64,000 nucleotides of DNA from Azolla caroliniana (GCA_043228905.1 JBHGNT010000018.1:11408001-11472000), one strand, 5' to 3'. Numbered from the stretch's first letter, positions 25,532 to 38,724 are shown. Notes: generated from the letters alone by a model not told the origin. A program made the numbers and translations.

Positions 25532-26174
25532 ACCAAATTTTTTTCTTTGTTTGGGGATGATTCTAGGAGTCTTGCCTAGCACTAGCGGGAAAAACTAGCT
25601 CCTTCTGCATATTCTGCATATCTAGAAAGCCGTATGCCTCGAAAGAGGCTTGTACGGTTTGGGAAGAGATCTCTTTTTCCTTTTTTAATATAGAATGAGA
25701 GGAAGGGATCTACTTCAACCAAGATTACTTTGGGTACCACCATACATAATATCGAGTTAAAACCTGGGAAAGGCGGACAATTGGTCAGAGTAGCTGGTGC
25801 AACAGCAAAGGTAGTAGCCAAGGAAGGGAGATTAGCTACATTGAGACTACCTTTTGGCGAAATTCGTTTAATACCTCAAAATCGTTTAGCAAGTGTAGGG
25901 CGCGCGTCGAATACTCTAAATACTCGATCACTAACCCTAGGGTTAAAAAAGAATCACAACAAAGGTAAGAGTACGGGCGAGGAACAAAAAAGGCTTGCTT
26001 TTTTTTGGAAAGATGAGGCGGAGGAGAGTTATGCCTCTTTAAAGAAGAGGTTTGTCTGTGACCAATTGACTAGTTCCGAAGAAATGAATAGAAAATTAGC
26101 CTGGATTGAAGCAACCTTGAATGATTCTGATCCTCGAGTGAAGCGTTTTTACACAGACCGTCCATCATTTCGAA
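25532..26174 (+). other. plastid-derived insertion (NUPT) inside the RT domain
   Basis: Interrupts RT at EWKT|...|RYG; contains a group II intron 3' end and rpl2 exon 2, plus ~260 bp of unidentified open-frame DNA. Confidence 0.85.
25719..25912 (+). pseudogene. rpl2: chloroplast ribosomal protein L2 exon 2 fragment, preceded by group II intron domains V-VI (D5 at 25626-25660)
   Basis: [41 protein letters not shown]; D5 AAAGCCGTATGC..GAAA..GCTTGTACGGTTT; 3' splice end ATCTACTTCAA typical of the plastid rpl2 intron. Confidence 0.9.
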
Positions 26175-27813
26175 CGTTTTCCACTCATCTCCTGGACGAA
26201 TTCGAACAAGATTATGCACCCCTTAGATCAATTTTGGTAAAATTCTTTGCCCCACCAATGCGTTCTAAGAGATTGGAGATTAATGGTAGAGCATACCTGT
26301 TCCTTATGGTGACTTTATTTAAGCCTCGATAATTCACGACCAAACGAAGGGAGCTGTCTTTTTTCTTCACAGAAAAGACAGGAGCACCAACTGGAGACTT
26401 TGAATGTCGAATAAACCCATGTGCAAGATTTTCCTCGATGTATTCTCGAAGAACCTCAAGCTCAGTGGGTGTTAAATTGTAAATCGAACCCCACGATGGC
26501 TCTTTTCCTAGTTGGAGATCAATAGGACAGTCGTACGGCCGATGCTTTGGAAGAACACTAGCTTTGACTTTGTTGAAAATATCAGCATAGTCTTCATATT
26601 CCCTTTGACTTTGTCGAAAGCATCAACTTTGACTTTGGATGTCTGAATTCCCTTGAGTGGCACTAGAAGGTGTCACTGATATTGCAAATAAGAAAAGGTC
26701 CTCCTTGCCTCCCACTTGGCATAATTGTTGCAATGTGATGGCTGAAATTTGATGAAAAGGAGATGGTGCATTGGTAGAAGTATATCCTTCAAGAGAATAA
26801 TCCTGAGTTCGATACTTGGCAATGATATTTTCTGCTGAAGGGCACCAAATTTCTCGCTTCCTCCAATTGATTCTAGGGTTATGTAGCTCGAACCATGGCA
26901 AACCGAGGACAATTGGATGCTCAGGACTACGGATTATGTTAAATGGAACTACACATCCTAAATCACCTAAGAGTATGTGTATTGGCTCAAACGCTTCAAA
27001 TATCTCCCCAGAAGCTATGGGACGTCCATCAATCACTACTACGGAAACTGGACAAGGAAGTGAATGCAAGGATATTTGGTGTTTTTGGGCAAAATCTCTA
27101 TCCATGAAACAAGATTTGGCTCTAGTATCTAAGAGGGCTTGGACATGAAGTTAACAACTCGGTGTCCTAACTTGTACTTGGGCTGAGAAGACTCTACTAA
27201 CATGCTTGGAAGAAATGGAACCCACACTAGGTTGTACATATCTAGGGTTGTCCAACCAAATGGCTCCTATTTTGGCCAGACTTATTCGTTTGACTCCTCT
27301 TCTAATTGGCTTTGGACTTCAAACTTATTGGACAAGGGTGCCTTATTCATAATATTAGATTCACTAATTGCTTCTAAAATGTTGGACTCATTTTTATTGT
27401 CATAGTGAATTTGATTTACTTGACGTCTCGGCCTACGGGAGCAATGAATGGTTATATGGCTTGGACCTCCGCAATATAAGCACAAACGGTTTGCTTGGTG
27501 TCGTTGCTTCTCTTCGTCTGACAACGGTCCTCATCATTGAATCATATCGATCTCCATGGGTGTAGGACTATCCATTGGGATTGGACTACGTGTTTGCCTT
27601 GGAGTTGGGAGTAGGGCTATATGTTTGCCTTGGGGATGATTACGCTATTACTGATGCATAAGTTGGTGTGAATCTTGATCTTGTTATTTGTTATTGTCGC
27701 TCACATCGACGCTCAAAAAGGCGATTATCACATCGTATTGCTCGATTAATAGATTTTGTAAGTGACCTTGGATCCTCGGGGAAGGTAAGAAGTAAGTCTT
27801 TGACATCACTAAG

Positions 27814-30800
27814 TGACGAGAACTCAACGCTCCTTATACGCAACGCTCGGCCACAACCGAGCTTAGAATCATGCACAGAAAACGAAAAATAATGCACGAC
27901 ACAATGGAGAGAAGAGCACACAGGATGTTTACGTGGAAAACCCAAACTGAGGGAAAAACCACGACAGCCCACAGGTTGCAAACTATCACTATGTTAGAAT
28001 GTACAACAGTGAGTTCATAGAGGCAACGACCTCGAGCTCACGATCTTCGCCACAGGCGGCGGTTACAACAGAGGCAACGACCTCTTTCTCTCTCTCTCTC
28101 TCTCTGTACACAGTTACACGCTCTCTCTCTCCTTTTACCAACGAGAATGACAACAACACCTACTAAAAGTTGCCTAAGTCATATTTATACTAATATGACT
28201 TTTCGGCTATTTACAAATATAGCCTTGATGGACTCTCAGAAACATATTTACGAATATGTCTCTTCATCCGGTCTGCACCATACGGCTCTCCGTAGCCGGG
28301 TACTCCTCATCCGGTTCTCACCGGGTCTGCACCATCCGGAGGGACCTGTCTCCCAACAAACTCCCCCTTCACTCCGGCATGGGGTGTCTTACTAGTCCGA
28401 TCCTCTTCCGGCATGCATCTAGCTTGTCGGGTATCAGAACTTTGGTCAGCATATCTGATCCGTTCTCGGCCGTGTGGATCTTCGTCAGTGCGAACTCCTA
28501 GTCATCTACTCTTTCCCGGATCCAGTGATATCTTCGCTGGATATGCTTCGTCCGGGAATGGTAGGCCGCATTCCTAGCAAGATGGATGGCACTTTGACTG
28601 TCGCAATAGAGCCGGTATTCGTCTTGCCGGATACCGAGCTCTCCGATGAAGTCCTTCATCCATAAGATTTCCTTGCTGGCTTCCACAGCTGCCATGTACT
28701 CCGCCTCCGTGGTTGACAATGCAATTGTCTTCTGCAGCTTCAACTGCCACGAAACAGCTCCCCCTGCATATGTCATTATATACCCGGATGTAGACCGGCT
28801 GGTTTCCACATCAGCCGGCATGTCCGAATCGGTGAAACCGTCAAGTTGAGGTTTTCCAGAGCCGAATCGGAGACAGATATTTGAAGTGCCCTTTAAGTAC
28901 CGGAGTATCCATTTTACCGCATTCCAGTGCTCCTTGCCGGGATTGCTCATAAACCGGCTCACCACTCCGACTCTGTATCCTATATCCGATCGGGTACACA
29001 CCATTGCGTACATCAAGCTCCCGACGGCAGAGGCATATGGAATCTTCATCGTATCCGCCTTCTCTGCTTTCGTCTTCGGGCTTTGCTTACCGGATAGCTT
29101 GCAGTTTGCCGAAAGTGTCGATCCGACCGGTTTCGCATCTGACATGTTGAACCGGTGAAGCACCTTTGTCACATACTTCTCCTGTGACAGCCATAATTGC
29201 TTCTTTGACCGGTCTCGAATGATGTGCATCCCCAACATTTGTCTTGCCGGACCCAAGTCTTTCATTGAGAAGGTCCGGTTGAGAGCCTTCTTTAGCATCC
29301 GTATTTTGACTTGGTCTCGTCTGACGATCAACATGTCATCCACGTACAGAAGGAGTATCAGGATGTCGCCTCCTTCGAACTTCTTCACAAACACGTAGTG
29401 ATCGGCCTGTGTCTTGTGGTACCCTTGATAGGTCATGAAGGAATTGAACTTCCAGTACCATTGTCGGGGAGCCTACTTTAGTCCGTACAGGCTCTTCTTC
29501 AGCCGGCATACCAGGTGCTCCTTCCCTTTCTCCACAAATCCTTCCGGTTGCTGCATGTAGATCTCCTCTTCGAGGTCGCCGTGAAGCAATGCCGTCTTCA
29601 CGTCCAGCTGCTCTACCTCAAGGTCCATGCTTGCCGCTATACTCAGCACTGTCCGGATGGAGGTCATCTTTACAACCGGTGCAAATATCTCGTCAAAGTC
29701 CACGCCCTTTTTCTGGTGGAACCCCTTCACCACGATCCTGGCTTTGTATCTCGGGGGGTTGCCGGCATCTCCCGGTTTCAACTTGTACACCCACTTGTTT
29801 CGGAGTGCCCGCTTTCCTTTCGGCAACTCCACCAATTCGTACGTATGGTTCTCATGCAGGGAATCCATCTCATCCTGCATGGCACTTAACCATTTGCGGT
29901 TGTGGGCGTCATCCTTCGCTTCTTCGAAGCTTTCCGGCTCCCCCTCATCGGTCAGTAGAACATGCTCTGCATCCGGAAATGTCCGGGGGGCCCTTCTCTC
30001 TCTGAGAGGATATCTCCGTCTTCGAGCTTTGGTAACCGGCTCCTCCATTTGCTCTTCATCTGAATCCGATTCGGGGTCTTGGCCCGTTCCGGTTCCAGCT
30101 TCCTCTACTTCTTCTTCAGCTTGTTCGGTATCCTCACCGTAACTGGCTGGTCCCTCGAGTGCTAATCGGTCTCTTGCTGGTTGGATTTGCTCATTGTAGA
30201 GTCGATCCTTACCGGTCGACTCAGAGTTCATTATCTTCTTCTCCGACTCCCAGTCGGCGAGCGTCTTGTCCTCCATGAAGATAATATCACGACATCGGAA
30301 TACCTTCTTGTCGACCAGGTCCGACACTCGGTAGCCGAACTCATTGTCACCGTAACCGAGGAATATGCATGGCCGGGTCTTTGGATCTAACTTTCCTCTC
30401 CGGTCCTTAGCTACATGCACGTACGCGAGACACCCGAACACCTTCAGATGCCGATAGGACACTTCCTTACCGGTCCATACTCTCTGTGACGTGTCTCTGT
30501 CCAAGGGTACTAAGGGTGATCTGTTTATCACGTATGTCGCCGTTGACAATGCCTCAGCCCAAAACTTCTTGGGTAGTTTTGCATGCGCTAGCATACTCGG
30601 GACCCTCTCCATTATGGTCCGGTTCATCCTCTCGGCCAGTCCGTTTAGTTTCGGCGTCTTCGGCACGGTAAATTTGAGCCGGATCCCCTTCGAGCGGCAG
30701 TACTCCTCGAACTGCCCCCAGTATTCTCCTCCGTTGTCTGCTCGAACCGCCTTCAGCTTCCGGCCGGTTTCTCTTTCCACTCTCGTGTGGAGCTCTTTGA

Positions 30801-33163
30801 AGACGGATAGCACTTGATCCTTTGTCTTTAGCGGTGTGGCCCATAGCTTCCAGCTGTGGTCATCTATGAACGTCACGAAGTACTGTGCTCTGGCATGTGA
30901 CTTCGTGTCCACTTGACACACATCCGTATGCACCAACTCCAGTGCTACATTACGTCTCATCGGTGGCCTTGGTCGGAAGGACGTCCGGTTTTGCTTACTG
31001 GCTAGACCATCAGTGCACTTCTCCAAGAGCATGTTCTTCACTGGAATGAGGTTGTCGTCTGCAAGCCTCTTCATCCCCTTCTCGCTCATATGACACAACC
31101 TCTTGTGCTACAGCTCACCGGCAGTGTCAGATGCCACGTTCACTTCTTCCGGACATAACCGAGCATTCATCAGGTACAGTGTGTTGACCTTCCGGGCCCG
31201 AGCCACAATCAGGCTCCCTTTGCTGAACTTCATGACACCGTTCCGGATGCTACCCGTGTAGCCTTCATCATCTAGTCGACCGGCTGATATCAGGTTCAGT
31301 TGAACCTCCGGAACGTGTCGGACATCCTTCAGCAACAACTTGCATCCTGTTGGTGTTGTCAGCCACACGTCTCCTATGCCGACAATTCAGCATGTACCTT
31401 CATTCCCCATCTGGACACAGTTGTGATCACCGGTTGAGTAGGATGAGAAGCATTTTCGGTCTGGGGTAAGGTGGAACGACGCTCCGGAGTCTACCACCCA
31501 GGTCGTCTCGTCGCCGGCAAGGTTTATCTCACTCTCCTCGGTAATGAGCATCAACTCTTCTTCACTTGCCGTGATTGCCGTCGTTCCCTTCCGGTCCGGC
31601 CCCCTCCGGTCTTTACCGTTCCGGTCCGGGGTCCGCTTCGAATCGGTACAGTCGGTTTCCTTGTCTTTTCGGAAGTGCCAACAGTTCTTTTGGAAGTGTC
31701 CCGGCTTGCCGCAATAGAAGCAAGTAGGCCTCCCCTTTGACTTTGACCGTGTCCACGACTTCTCCCGGTTCTGGGGACTACGGTTTCTATGTCTTCCGCG
31801 TTCCGATTCGGTAAGGAGCGCTTTGGAGTCGGAGCTCGTATCTTTATCCTTCCGACGCGCCTCCTCATCTAGCAAGCTCGAATTTACTCTTGCTAGGGAT
31901 AACTGTTTTCCTTCCGGCCCGACGTTGCCCAAAGTGACAACCAACGTTTCCCAGCTATCCGGGAGGGAACCGAGCAGGAGTAGCGCTAGTACCTCATCGA
32001 CGAGAGGTACTTCCAATGAAGTTGCCTGGTGAATCAGCCCCTGGAAGGCATTCATGTGCTTTTCCATGCTGGAGCCATCTTGGTACCGGAGTCTTACTAG
32101 CTTCCGGAATACCGAAACCTGATTGACAACATTTTTGTTTTGAAACATTATGCCGATCTTCTCCCAGAGCTCATGAGCCTTGCTCTCTTCATTGAAGTTG
32201 TTGTATAGGCTCATGTCGATGAAGCACCATATGTACGTCGTTGTTTTCATGTGCATCACCTCCCATATCGCGGCGTCAATTTTGTCTGGTCTCTTGTCCC
32301 CGAATTGAACCGGCAGCCATAGGTCTTTAACCACGAGCATGTCCCTCATCTTCGACTTCCACACTGAATAGTTGGAGCCGGTGAGCTTGAACATGCTGCC
32401 AAATGATTCGTCCATTTTCTGTGTCGTTTCGCTCTGATACCACTTGACGAGAACTCAACGCTCCTTATCCGCAACGCTCGGCCACAACCGAGCTTAGAAT
32501 CATGCACAGAAAACGAAAAATAATGCACGACACAATGGAGAGAAGAGCACACAGGATGTTTACGTGGAAAACCCAAACTGAGGGAAAAACCACGGCAGCC
32601 CACAGGCTGCAAACTATCACTATGTTAGAATGTACAACAGTGAGTTCATAGAGGCAACGACCTCGAGCTCACGATCTTCGCCACAGGTGGCGGTTACGAC
32701 AGAGGCAACGACCTCTTTCTCTCTCTCTCTCTATACACAGTTACACGCTCTCTGTCTCCTTTCACCAACGAGAATGACAACAACACCTACTAAAAGTTGC
32801 CCTAAGTCATATTTATACTAATATGACTTTTCGGCTATTTACAAATATAGCCTCAATGGACTCTCAAAAACATATTTACGAATATGTCTCTTCATCCGGT
32901 GAGCATTCCTCACCGGGTCTGCACCATCCGGCTCTCCGTAGTCGGGTACTCCTCATCCGGTTCTCACCGGGTCTGCACCATCCGGTTGTCCGTAGCCGGG
33001 TACTCCTCATCCGGTTCTCACCGGGTCTGCATCATCCGGCTGTCCGTAGCCGGTTACTCCTCATCCGGTTCTCACCAGGTCTACACCATCCGGCTCTCCG
33101 TAGCCGGGTACTCATCCGGTTCTCACCGGGTCTGCACCATTCGGAGGGACCTGTCTCCCAACA
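27814..33163 (-). mobile_element. Copia-A #3, full length, several premature stops
   Basis: TSD CTAAG/CTACG; LTRs 27814-28358 and 32445-33163; PBS 32431-32442; ORFs 31387-32415, 29473-31098, 28498-29436. Confidence 0.95.
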
Positions 33164-33910
33164 CTACGAAGGCCTGAACGGAATTGCTCCATTAGGGCTT
33201 GTTCATCTGAAGGAATATCACTTGCGATGAGACGGTGTTGTGGAGAAAACCGTCCCTAGGCGGAATCGGAGAATGATGTGTGCGAACCGGCCTTACACGC
33301 AGGCACACATTTTGTTGTAGTGTACATAATTAGGTGCAAGTTGGCTGACGTGAATATCCTAGGTCGCACGGATTTGATAGGTAGGAGATCGAGGCGTATC
33401 TCTGTCCGAAAGGACAGAGAATAAAGATGATGTAACGGGTTGTAACGGCCTCCCTCCTTGGGCTATAAAAGAGAGGGAGAGGAATCGTAAAGGGGATCGC
33501 TTTTGTCGAGGACGAAGTGCTGTCAGATTGGGACCGAGCTCTTCTCCTCCGTCTTTCTCTGTATTTGCGCTGTGCAGGTTTTCGAGAGGCTGACTTTGCT
33601 CCGTGGAACGCTCGAGTGCTTCAGGTAGAGTCTCCATCTCGCTCTTTTGTGTGCGTAGGCGTAGGAGATTTGTCCCTCACCGGCCTGTTGGTTGTAACCC
33701 CCTTTTCATCAGAATATATATATACACATATACGCATTCGTCTTGTTTCCATTGTTTCATTCGGTTGCGGTTTCTGTGTATCTACGTGTGTGTGTGCGGA
33801 AGAACGGTCGTTGTCTTTCTTGCTCCTACTCCCGAACGGTTATTCCTCGGTCCAAGACCCCCGTGGTCCAGCCTCGTTCTATACGCACGCGCGTAACAAC
33901 GCGACATATT

Positions 33911-33928
33911 TGGTGAACCCGACGTGAA
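33911..33928 (+). promoter_or_regulatory. PBS complementary to plant tRNA-Trp 3' end (TGGTGAACCCGACGTGAA)
   Basis: Reverse complement TTCACGTCGGGTTCACCA matches the recalled 3' end of plant cytosolic tRNA-Trp; the same 18-mer is in G3 at 44450-44467 (-). Confidence 0.85.
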
Positions 33929-35582
33929 CAAGCGGTAGAGGATTAGAAAGATGAGGGGAACGGAGCTTGCAGAAGCCATGGCTTCAACTGTAGATCGATT
34001 AGTGGGTGCCCGTGAAGGCACAAGCGCCCTCGATAGGGCTATTGAAGCAATCGTCGGCACGATAGGCCGGTTCGGTGGAAAGGACACCACGAGCAACTTG
34101 GAGGCTTACCGAGCCGAAATGGTGATGAGGGACATTCCGGAAGACAGGCGACTGGCCGGATTCCCTTGGGTGGCGATGCCAGGCATCCACACAGAGGTGC
34201 TCGAGGTACGGGCTGAGAGCCAGACCTGGGAAGAGTTTGAAGGTCGGCTTCTTGAGAAATACGGGCTTGATGACGTGCTTCGGCTATCGAAGCAGGACTT
34301 CATGGAATGGGTAGAGACCCCCGAAAAGGGGAGAAACGTGTCAATGCTCCTCCGGGAGTTTAAAGAACGCTTTGCGCGTCTTTTGGTCAAAGGCCCATCC
34401 GGAGGAGCTGACTCGGATGGTGAGGAACCTGTAGATTGCACAGGCACGGAGGGATGGCGGTGAACTAGTTCGTGACCGAAGGCATCCGGCTGGGCATCGA
34501 TGCTTGTGGTGCGATGCGGTCAGCCACGCCCGAAAGGACTGCGGGGACTTGGCCGAAAACAAAGGACTCCGGGTTCTGGCCGTTGGTGCTGGAAGGCCTA
34601 GCTAGCGTACGGCTAAGGAAGGAGGAAGTTGACCGCGTGGAAAGACGGTTCTGGGAGGTAACCGGGTGGAGTGACCCAGTCGAAGAGAAGACGGGCTTCA
34701 TGGAAGCCGCGTGCTAGAACTAGGAGGTTCTGGTGGAAGAGAAGCGCGCGGGAAAGACCGGGGGGGGGGGGCTGGACCCTCACAACGGTATGAGACCCGG
34801 GTCAGGCCGATGTAGAATGATGTCGGTGCATCAAGCGCCCCGTACAAGGCCAAGAAGGCCGGTTACCGGTTGAGCCCAAAGAACGAAAGGACCACGGACC
34901 TACGAAAGGTCCTGGAGGAACGGATCCTCGACAACAAAGTGGAGCTGTCACTGAGGGAGGTGCTTGGTATCGCCAAGAAGGAGTTCCATGACTCCATCGT
35001 AGACTTGGTAAAGCGGAAAAGGCTTTCAACGGAGCCGGAGCCGGAGCCGGAGAAGCCGGTGGAGGTGCGAACAATGCACCTAGAAGACATGGCCCTGGAG
35101 GACGAGTTGGCGGAAAGCCACTACTCGAGGCTTCATTGGGCTAGGGCCACTACGGAGACCCCCGTTAAGATCGGAGATGTCCAGGAGCCGGTGGTGGCAT
35201 TGGTAGACCACGGTTCGGAAATCAACTTGATGTCCATGGACTTTTACAAGAAGGGCAAGTGGCCGATCAACACCAAGCATGGGTGGAAAATACAAGTGGC
35301 GATGCGCGCCACGGAGGAGCTACATGAAGCCTGCCTGAATGTATGAGTGAAAATCGGTGATGTCGAGATCGATCAACACTTCTTTGTGCAGGAGACATCC
35401 TCGCATCCAGTGATACTTGGGGAACCATACATCATAGCGGCGCGAATGGAGACGAAGGTGCTGGACAACGGTTTGGCGTACGCACGAGTCAAGAGCCAGG
35501 ACAGGCGTCACTCCGTCTAGTTTCTGATGGTACGACCGAACCATGAACGAAACCGAGAGGCCCTCGGCCGCGAAAGCCGAGG

Positions 35583-35647
35583 GGATTTTTAGAGAGGGCT
35601 ATCAAGGCATGGGGACGCGATAGTCCGAACACTCCGGAAAAACCCCA
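35583..35647 (+). promoter_or_regulatory. predicted -1 ribosomal frameshift signal (G GAT TTT + H-type pseudoknot) in G1
   Basis: Heptamer directly before the gag-PR stop; pol is in the -1 frame; stem GGGCTATC/GATAGTCC; loop TGGGG pairs with downstream CCCCA. Confidence 0.78.
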
Positions 35648-36104
35648 CACATGTACAGTAGGCAGAAGAACCTGTAACATAGGTAGGAAGTTTTGGTTCT
35701 CCGATAGGGGAGGTTGTACAATAGTCAGCATCGTTGGCCGGGAGAAGAGGCGGGGAGAAGAGCGACTTAGGGCATGTAGAGTCCTCGGCCCCGAAGAGGA
35801 AATCAACGGAGCCGTGGAGGCGGTCTCTTTCGACAACACCTTGGGGAACCTACGAGAGGTGTTCGGAGAGGGCCTTAGTGAAGACCGGACGATTCCGGTA
35901 AGTTGGAAAGAGATGTATGAAGTCATCGCCGACTTCGGTAGAGGACTAGAGTCGGATCCGATGGCCTGAGTTGATACGAAATACAAGACTGTGGACCGCA
36001 AGGTGAGGCCAGTCACGACACCCTTACCGGAGGGCAGCGAGTTACGGATGAAAGGGGTTGCGTCGGACCCGAGTTTACGAGATCCGGCCGGCATAGGACA
36101 CCGG

Positions 36105-37492
36105 TGTCGTGTGAATCTTCACACACTATGTAAAAAAATAATGAAATAATTATTATAGATTAGATTAGTAGCTTACTATAGAAAGATGGATATACTCAAG
36201 AGCTTCAAAATGTATTTTACTATATACAAAATGGAGAAATACATATCAAGTTATGAGAAAATGAAGTTTGATTAGATAGAGAAATTAGAACTATCCCACA
36301 TAGATAGGAAAGTTAAGGCCCTGGCTATATAAACACCTTGAGCTCCCTCATTTTTCATTTGTGCTAAGAGCACTTTGGCCACTTTGTCTTGATGGATGAT
36401 GGTGGCCAAATTCCCTAAAACCGGAACCAGCCGGCTAGCAAACCGGAATTGGAACGGGTATGCAAACCGGAAACCGGTCAGCCAGCAAAGCCGGAAACCG
36501 GCCGGTAAGCAAAACCGGAATTGGAACCGGCAAGCAAACCGGTACCGGCCGGCAAGCAAAACCGGAATTGGAACCGGCCGGCAAGCAAAATCGAAACCGG
36601 AACCGGAACCGGCAAGCAATCCGGAAACGGGCCGGTATGCAATCCGGAAACCGGCTAGTATGCAAAACCGGAACCGGCCGGCAAGCAAAACCGGAACTGG
36701 AACCGGCCGGCAAGCAAAATCGAAACCGGAACCGGAACCGGCCGACAAGCAAAACCGCCGGAACCGGAACCGGAATCGGAACCGGCCGGCAAGCAAAATC
36801 GGAACCGGAACCGACCGGCAAGCAAAATGGAATCGGCTACCGGACGATGTTGGACGCGGACGGATGAAAGATTGGATCATGCAACAAACTAAAGTAAAGT
36901 GAAGAGAACTAAAGTAAAGGCCATGTGGACGCAAGCAACTAAAGAAGGGAGTGCATGGAAAAAGTAAAGGTCATGTGGACAGTCACATGCAACCAAAAGA
37001 AAAAGCTAGGACACTAAAAGTAGAGGCCATGCAACAAAAAGTGAAAAAGTTATGATCAAGGGAGAACTCAATTTTTATTCCATTCTTTTTCCTACACTAG
37101 GATAGACTCTCCATATTATTATTTTTTCTTCTCAACTCCCTTATCTTAGGGAAGCCATAACTCTCGAAAACCCTAAAATTCCCTACGGAAGCCATAATAC
37201 TCATATAACCTAATCCTAATCTTCCCTACGGAAGCGATATCTCTCAAAACCCCTAATTTTTTTCTTTTCTATTAATCTTAGTAAACCTAAAACTTCTAAA
37301 TCCCAATCTTGGGACATATTGTAATTTCTTTTTTCCTTTGTTAATGAAAATTATTAAATTTCTTCTTTCTGTTAATTGTTAAAAAATATAAACGCACACA
37401 TGTGATTATCCTTCGGTCGGAGGCCCCGGGGTCCTACCTCAAGTTCGCGTATCCTCGTCGTATTTTCGCGACATCTTTTGTGAACCCACATA
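36105..37492 (+). mobile_element. G2 gypsy LTR (36105-37473) plus decayed PBS, rest deleted
   Basis: TGTCG...CGACA; left flank CCGG; followed by TTGTGAACCC (Trp-PBS-like), then G1 RT resumes. Confidence 0.88.
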
Positions 37493-38011
37493 ACGCTACG
37501 AGAGCTCAAGGTCAGTGGGGGTGGCTTTCTACTGCCGGCGGAAGAGGACCGGTTTCGGAGAATGCTCGGGAGGCACGGAAAGGCCTTCGCATTCTCGTCG
37601 GAAGAGATTGGGTGCGTTGTCGTGAAGATCCGTCACTACGCGCGGATCGTGAGGCGGAACCGCCGGGGTTCTGGACCAGAAGGATTTAGAGTCGATACAA
37701 GCTTTGGCGAGAAAGTACTTAAGATATATTGGGAAAGAGAGAAGATGAGATTACACGATTGATTTGATAACGAATTTCTTCTTCTTAATTTTCATAAAAA
37801 AAACCGTGTTTTTTCTCCTCCCCCTTCCCTCTTTTATAGATGCTCTCATGCATATGATGCATGTGAGGGTACAAGACATGCATAAATTGCATGTTTGCCA
37901 TTTGGCGCTTAAGTATTACATGTGGTGCATGCTAACCATGTCACTCATTTTAGCTCTCATGTATGAGAATTTACATGTAAAAGTACAATGATAGAAATAT
38001 AATTTCAACTA

Positions 38012-38082
38012 AATAACATGGCTTAATGGTAAGCCAATTGACTCCTAACTTGGAGGTGCAAGGTTCGAATCCATACTTGCCC
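38012..38082 (+). promoter_or_regulatory. tRNA-like Pol III A-box/B-box element in the G3 3' LTR
   Basis: A box TGGCTTAATGG 38019-38029; D-arm GGCTT/AAGCC; loop CTCCTAA; perfect B box GGTTCGAATCC 38062-38072. Confidence 0.75.
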
Positions 38083-38724
38083 TCCTTGTATGTGTAAATA
38101 TGTATATATATTTATATATTTATTTTATCTAGTCGCCGGACGCCGGATACCGGTGCCTCGCTGGATGCCGCCGCCGGATACCGGTGGTGCCGCCGCCGGA
38201 TGCTGTTGGTTATCGGTGCCGTATGCCGCCGCCGGATTGCGGTCAGATGTCGTCGGATCACCGGCTCTATCGCCGGTCCGGTTTTGGTTGGTCAAAACCC
38301 TTTACGAGTAGCTAGCCACCTCCACTCTTAGTTCAAGTTACCTTGAACTCTCTATGCTCCACACATAGACACAAAGATAATATCTTTTGCTCCACCTTAT
38401 ATATGATGAGAGCCGTATTTGTCGTGCCTATGTGGGATATCTCACAATTTTCTCTTTTCTTTTCACAAACTTTATACCCTCATATCTTGACATTTAGTTG
38501 TCAATTTCTCGTGTAATAAAGTGCATTCGAAACCTCCATCATTTTGTACTTAGATATTGAAAATGTTATCTTTACAATTATTGTATTACGTGATTCATAC
38601 TCGATTTCGTACGTTTTATGGGATTTTCACACTATTGCCGAAAATCTTCACATCCACCCCCACCAAACCGCACGTCCTCCGGTACGTGCCAAGAAGAGAA
38701 GAAGTGAGATTTCGGCTACGATGA

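Larger units (their letters stand above)
23455..27813 (-). pseudogene. gag-pol: chromovirus gag C-term, PR, RT, RH, INT (decayed)
   Basis: CLYCGGPSHITIHC knuckle; PR (VLGLPWFELHNPRINW); RT ([17 protein letters not shown]); RH (EADA..YSDHKNL); INT (ISDRGPQF). Confidence 0.92.

Noticed and set aside
25932-25945. TAACCCTAGGGTTA palindrome as a telomere-fusion scar
   Set aside because: A single overlapping unit with no tandem TTTAGGG repeats; plausible by chance
25730-26332. 200-aa ORF as a functional nuclear rpl2
   Set aside because: Chimera of an rpl2 fragment, unknown filler and antisense RT; no ATG, transit peptide or exon 1
38012-38082. Functional tRNA-Arg(CCT) gene
   Set aside because: Acceptor, anticodon and T stems do not pair; kept only as a tRNA-like promoter element
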